A stretch of 53,611 nt of DNA, the filler included, from Bipalium vagum (taxonomy: Eukaryota), in assembly GCA_037834085.1 (NCBI GenBank). It is 3 parts of 3 records of this genome, joined end to end, with 100 filler letters (N's around TTAATTAATTAA, not from the genome) between each part and the next. Parts side by side here need not be neighbours in the genome. Positions count along the whole stretch, not along the records: positions 32,888 to 53,611 come from JBBMKC010247750.1; 2 more parts are not named here. One strand, 5' to 3'. The first letter of the stretch is position 1, and every line of letters begins with the position of its first letter. The translations under genes were made by a program, and so were the position numbers. Positions 50,151-53,611 of this stretch are shown here, piece after piece. Below the pieces are notes generated by a model, which was not told the DNA's origin, ran no database searches, and saw only the letters and a program-made list of their open reading frames with translations.

Positions 50151-52134
50151 ATGCCAAGTGAAACTTTAGCATTTTCTAATCCATCCATTCCAAATGATGC
50201 CCCTGATGATTTAGTGTTACCATCTAAAAAGTTATCAAACAGTGACTTCAGAACTATTTTAAATACTCCAAAACCCTCAAATTGGAGTAAAGATGATCAA
50301 AAGCCCCAAAATACATTGCAACCTCCAAGAAAAGTGATTGACCCTGATAAGAAAAAGAAAATTAAAAAGCACAAACCGAAAAAGGTTGAAGTCAGTCAAG
50401 ATAAACTTCAGAAAACATTGGCAACTCCTTATCGAGACAGAGCAAGAGAACGACGTGAAGGAAAAGTTCCCGAAACGGATGATCCAGAACCAACATTAAA
50501 TGGACAATACAAAGCTTTGTCAGCAAATAAATCAGAAAACATTGCCCAAGCTGAAAACCGTCGTCAACAGATTGAGGAATCAAAATTTTTGGGCGGTGAT
50601 ATGAAACATACACATCTTGTAAAAGGACTGGATTATGTGCTGCTGGAAAAAGCTCGTCACGACATTGATGCGAAAGAACGGGAAGCACTGATCAAAGCCG
50701 AGAAAGCTAATTTGGAACGGAAAAAGTTGATGAGTGATGGAACCATTCAAAATGTTATGTGTAAAAAAATATTCCGTACATTATTTGACAAACAAATTCC
50801 TCAACGTAACAACAATTTTTATCCTGGAAAAATGGCCTACCGAATTGACTTGGAAGACGAGTACGGAGAATTCGACGTGCCGGCTACCATTCACAGAAGT
50901 TCCATCGAATGTCCACGCATTGACGACCATGCTGGTGGAGTGTCAAGCAATCAGAAGGTAATTAATAGTTTGACGAACATTCTGTCATATTTGCGCGATG
51001 AACGCAAGCAAGCTAAAAAAGCCAAACAGAAATTCAAAATTGAAGAGCATGAGTACAGAGATGTTGGAAAAGGTGATATTTTTTTATTGATTCATTAATT
51101 AATTATTATCATTCATAAGTATAATCTAACCTCATTTAATAACATTGTAAATTTAATATAAATTTTAAAATAATTACTTATTATTCTTTAATAATTAAAT
51201 TTCGTTCAAAACATAATTTAATTAATTAAAAATTGAAATTTCATACAATAGTCTAAAACTAGAGAAATTATTTCGCGTGAAATTGTTAACAAATGATTTA
51301 TAAATTTGGCAATGATGATTTGAACTTCATAAAATCGATATCATTTAAACATTTTCACGTGGCATTTTAAAGATTAAATGTAAAGAGTTTCTCAATCAAT
51401 TTTTGACTTTTCGGTCTTCTGTTCCATACATAGATTACGACATGTTCGCTGACATTCCCGATGTCCATATCAATAAGAAACCCAATGAAGAAAAGTTTAA
51501 AGCTCCCCACACCGACAAGTCGCGTACAATGATCGATAGCGGTCATGATAGACGAAAAGAAAAGGATAGCAAAAGTCGTTACTTTGACAAGCCCGAAGAC
51601 GAGAATGTGATGGTCGATTCACTGGAACAAATGAAGCAGACGATGAGAGGCATGGAGAAAAAGAGCGGTGACAAAAAGAACCAGGAATATGTAGGAAATC
51701 GATAAAACTTTTGTGTATTTCTTTAATAAAATATCGATTTTTAGCATGTAGTCAAATATTTGAAGCAGAAAACCCAATCGAATGGTTACGAGGAATGTTA
51801 TCCAGAACATTTGGAGTCGTTTGATGCCATGGGAGATTCTGATGACGAGACGGATTATACGAAAATGGACATGGGGAACAAAAAGGGTCCCGTGGGACGA
51901 TGGGACTTCGAGAGTCAGGAGGACTATAGTAAGTATATGTCGAATAAAGAGGCGTTGCCGAAAGCAGCGTTCCAATATGGGGTAAAGATGGCCGACGGCA
52001 GAAGGACAAGGAGAATCCACGCCAAAGACGACAAGGCGGCACACGAGCGAGAGTGGAAGCAGATCCAGGATCTATGGCGAAATCGGTCTGGTGCCGTTGG
52101 AGGTGAGCCTGATGCGAAAAAGGCTAAATTCTAA
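50151..52134 (+). CDS. IK: Spliceosomal protein RED (IK / SMU-2 / Beag orthologue), 3 exons, 522 aa
   Basis: Exons 50151-51072, 51434-51690 and 51745-52134 (1569 nt, in frame; GT-AG introns of 361 and 54 nt). RED_N motifs: LSNSDFR, YRDRARERREG, SKFLGGDMKHTHLVKGLDY, FYPGKMAY. RED_C motifs: YEECYP, DYTKMDMGNKKGPVGRWDF, NKEALPKAAFQYGVKMADGRRTRR. Confidence 0.96.
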
Positions 52135-52539
52135 TCGGTTTCCACCCTTCAAGGGAGAATACTGCGTTTTTATTGTAAATGGTTTTTTAATTTATTTTGA
52201 AGTGATATTCTGTAACAATTGTAAAAGGTTAGCAAATCGCTCAGAACAGAATAAATGATTTTTGCCTTGTTTTAATGATTTTATAAATAAGAATTTAATA
52301 TAAAAATCGTGTTTCTTAAAATTTTGAATTGATTTTTCAGTTTCTATGATAACGAAAATCTTAGTTTAGTGCCTTGTAGTTGTATAACATTAATTTTTAA
52401 AAATCAATAAATATTTAAATACTGTAAATATATTACTAATTAACTTATAAATACGTTAAAGGATTTATATTTTAGGAAAATGTATTTTTTAAATAGTGCT
52501 TAAATATTGATTTCGAAAAATTAAAGGCTCATCATTGAT

Positions 52540-52872
52540 GAAATAAAAGATCTGCAAGTCATCAGAATGTCGACAGCCAAAGTAAAAAATCTTGTCAATA
52601 AAGTGCTGATTTGTGTTTGGGGTCTATTGTATTTTGAATTAATTAATCGAGAAGAAACGATAATTGCAAAACATTGCTGCCAACATTTAAGCTACATGGA
52701 CAAGACCTTTCGTCGTCTTGGATTGGATACCACAAAGATAAAATTTTTACATGACAATGCACGATCAAGTGTAGCAAAAATCACAGTCGAAAATAGAGGA
52801 ATTAAACCCATCAATAATACAACCATGATATGAGACAATCAAACTACAACTTATTCAGGTCCATGCGGAACT
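52540..52872 (+). mobile_element. mariner transposase 3' fragment
   Basis: KVLICVW..GLLYFELI..ETIIA..CCQHL, FLHDNARS and YNLFRSMRN. Confidence 0.85.
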
Positions 52873-52879
52873 CGAAAAG

Positions 52880-53262
52880 TCAACAGAATTACGTGCATAT
52901 CAGAAAGATTCACCGAAAGTGAATGTTTGACTGGGGATGACAAAACGGAAATTATATGGACCTTATTTCTTTCCAGGTCATACGGTTACAGGAGCTATAT
53001 ACCTAGAGATGCCTCAACATTTTGGGGAATCACTACTACTTGTATATGGCATTCTTGACTCAGTTGTCTTTCAGTAGGATGGATCACATTGTCATTACGC
53101 AAAGATCTAAATTAAACATTCCTTAATCACTGGATTGGTCATGGTAGACCACAATTATGGGCGGCACGCTCTCTAGATTTAATACCCTTAGATTTTTATG
53201 CTTTGGGGATTCACTAAGTGTAATGTGTACTCTGGTAGTAGAATTAAAAATGTTTCTGAACT
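52880..53262 (+). mobile_element. Tc3/DD37D-like transposase fragment
   Basis: DSPKVNV, LYGPYFF..TVTGAIYLEM, VFQ*DGSHCHY and WAARSLDLIPLDFY. Confidence 0.88.
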
Positions 53263-53611
53263 TAAATACAGTCTACCCTCTAATGTTTACCACAATCGGG
53301 AACCTTGGAAAAATTAGAGGCGAAATGATTACATAATAAATATGAAACACTAATACAGATGTAAGTGTTTGCTTGGTTCGACGCTTACTGCGAGATCTAA
53401 TCTCGAAAATATAAAAATGCAAACTCTATTAATATAGGTTAGAACTGGGCTCACCAACTACGACAAAGGTAGTGTAACAAATAGGTGTTCTAAGATACGA
53501 ATTACGTATAATTAAATTAAATAAAATGACAGTTTTTTGTTTACAAAAATATATTTTGTATAACAATTACAAATCTTTATATCACAGTTATTATAATATC
53601 AATTAATTAAT

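Noticed and set aside
51619-52044. 141-aa and 96-aa antisense ORFs
   Set aside because: Shadows of the GC-rich RED exon 3.

Overview
Very AT-rich eukaryotic genomic DNA, most likely from an invertebrate animal with compact introns (organism not determinable from the sequence). The window is three contigs joined by artificial 100-nt linkers (44N-TTAATTAATTAA-44N), so adjacency across 16404-16503 and 32788-32887 is not evidence of linkage. One host gene is clear: spliceosomal RED/IK (3 exons, 50151-52134). Two more genes with mostly 43-54-nt GT-AG introns can be spliced by hand: a 171-aa protein with remote HAUS2/augmin-like features (26329-27080) and a minus-strand gene with a FERM-N-like start (19311-20419). 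The rest is largely decayed mobile DNA: about 17 IS630-Tc1-mariner/pogo relics of several subfamilies, a MITE, a 5'-truncated Ty3/gypsy element with PPT and 3' LTR, several solo-LTR-like segments, Polinton/adintovirus-like remnants (pPolB; PLA2-like domain plus rve integrase) and Penelope-like remnants (GIY-YIG, 5' intron, degenerate hammerhead cores). There is also a tRNA-Ala-like sequence whose acceptor stem is extended by a 13-bp flanking stem. Most short ORFs in the supplied track are transposon fragments or chance ORFs. All family calls come from recognising motifs by eye, not from database searches.
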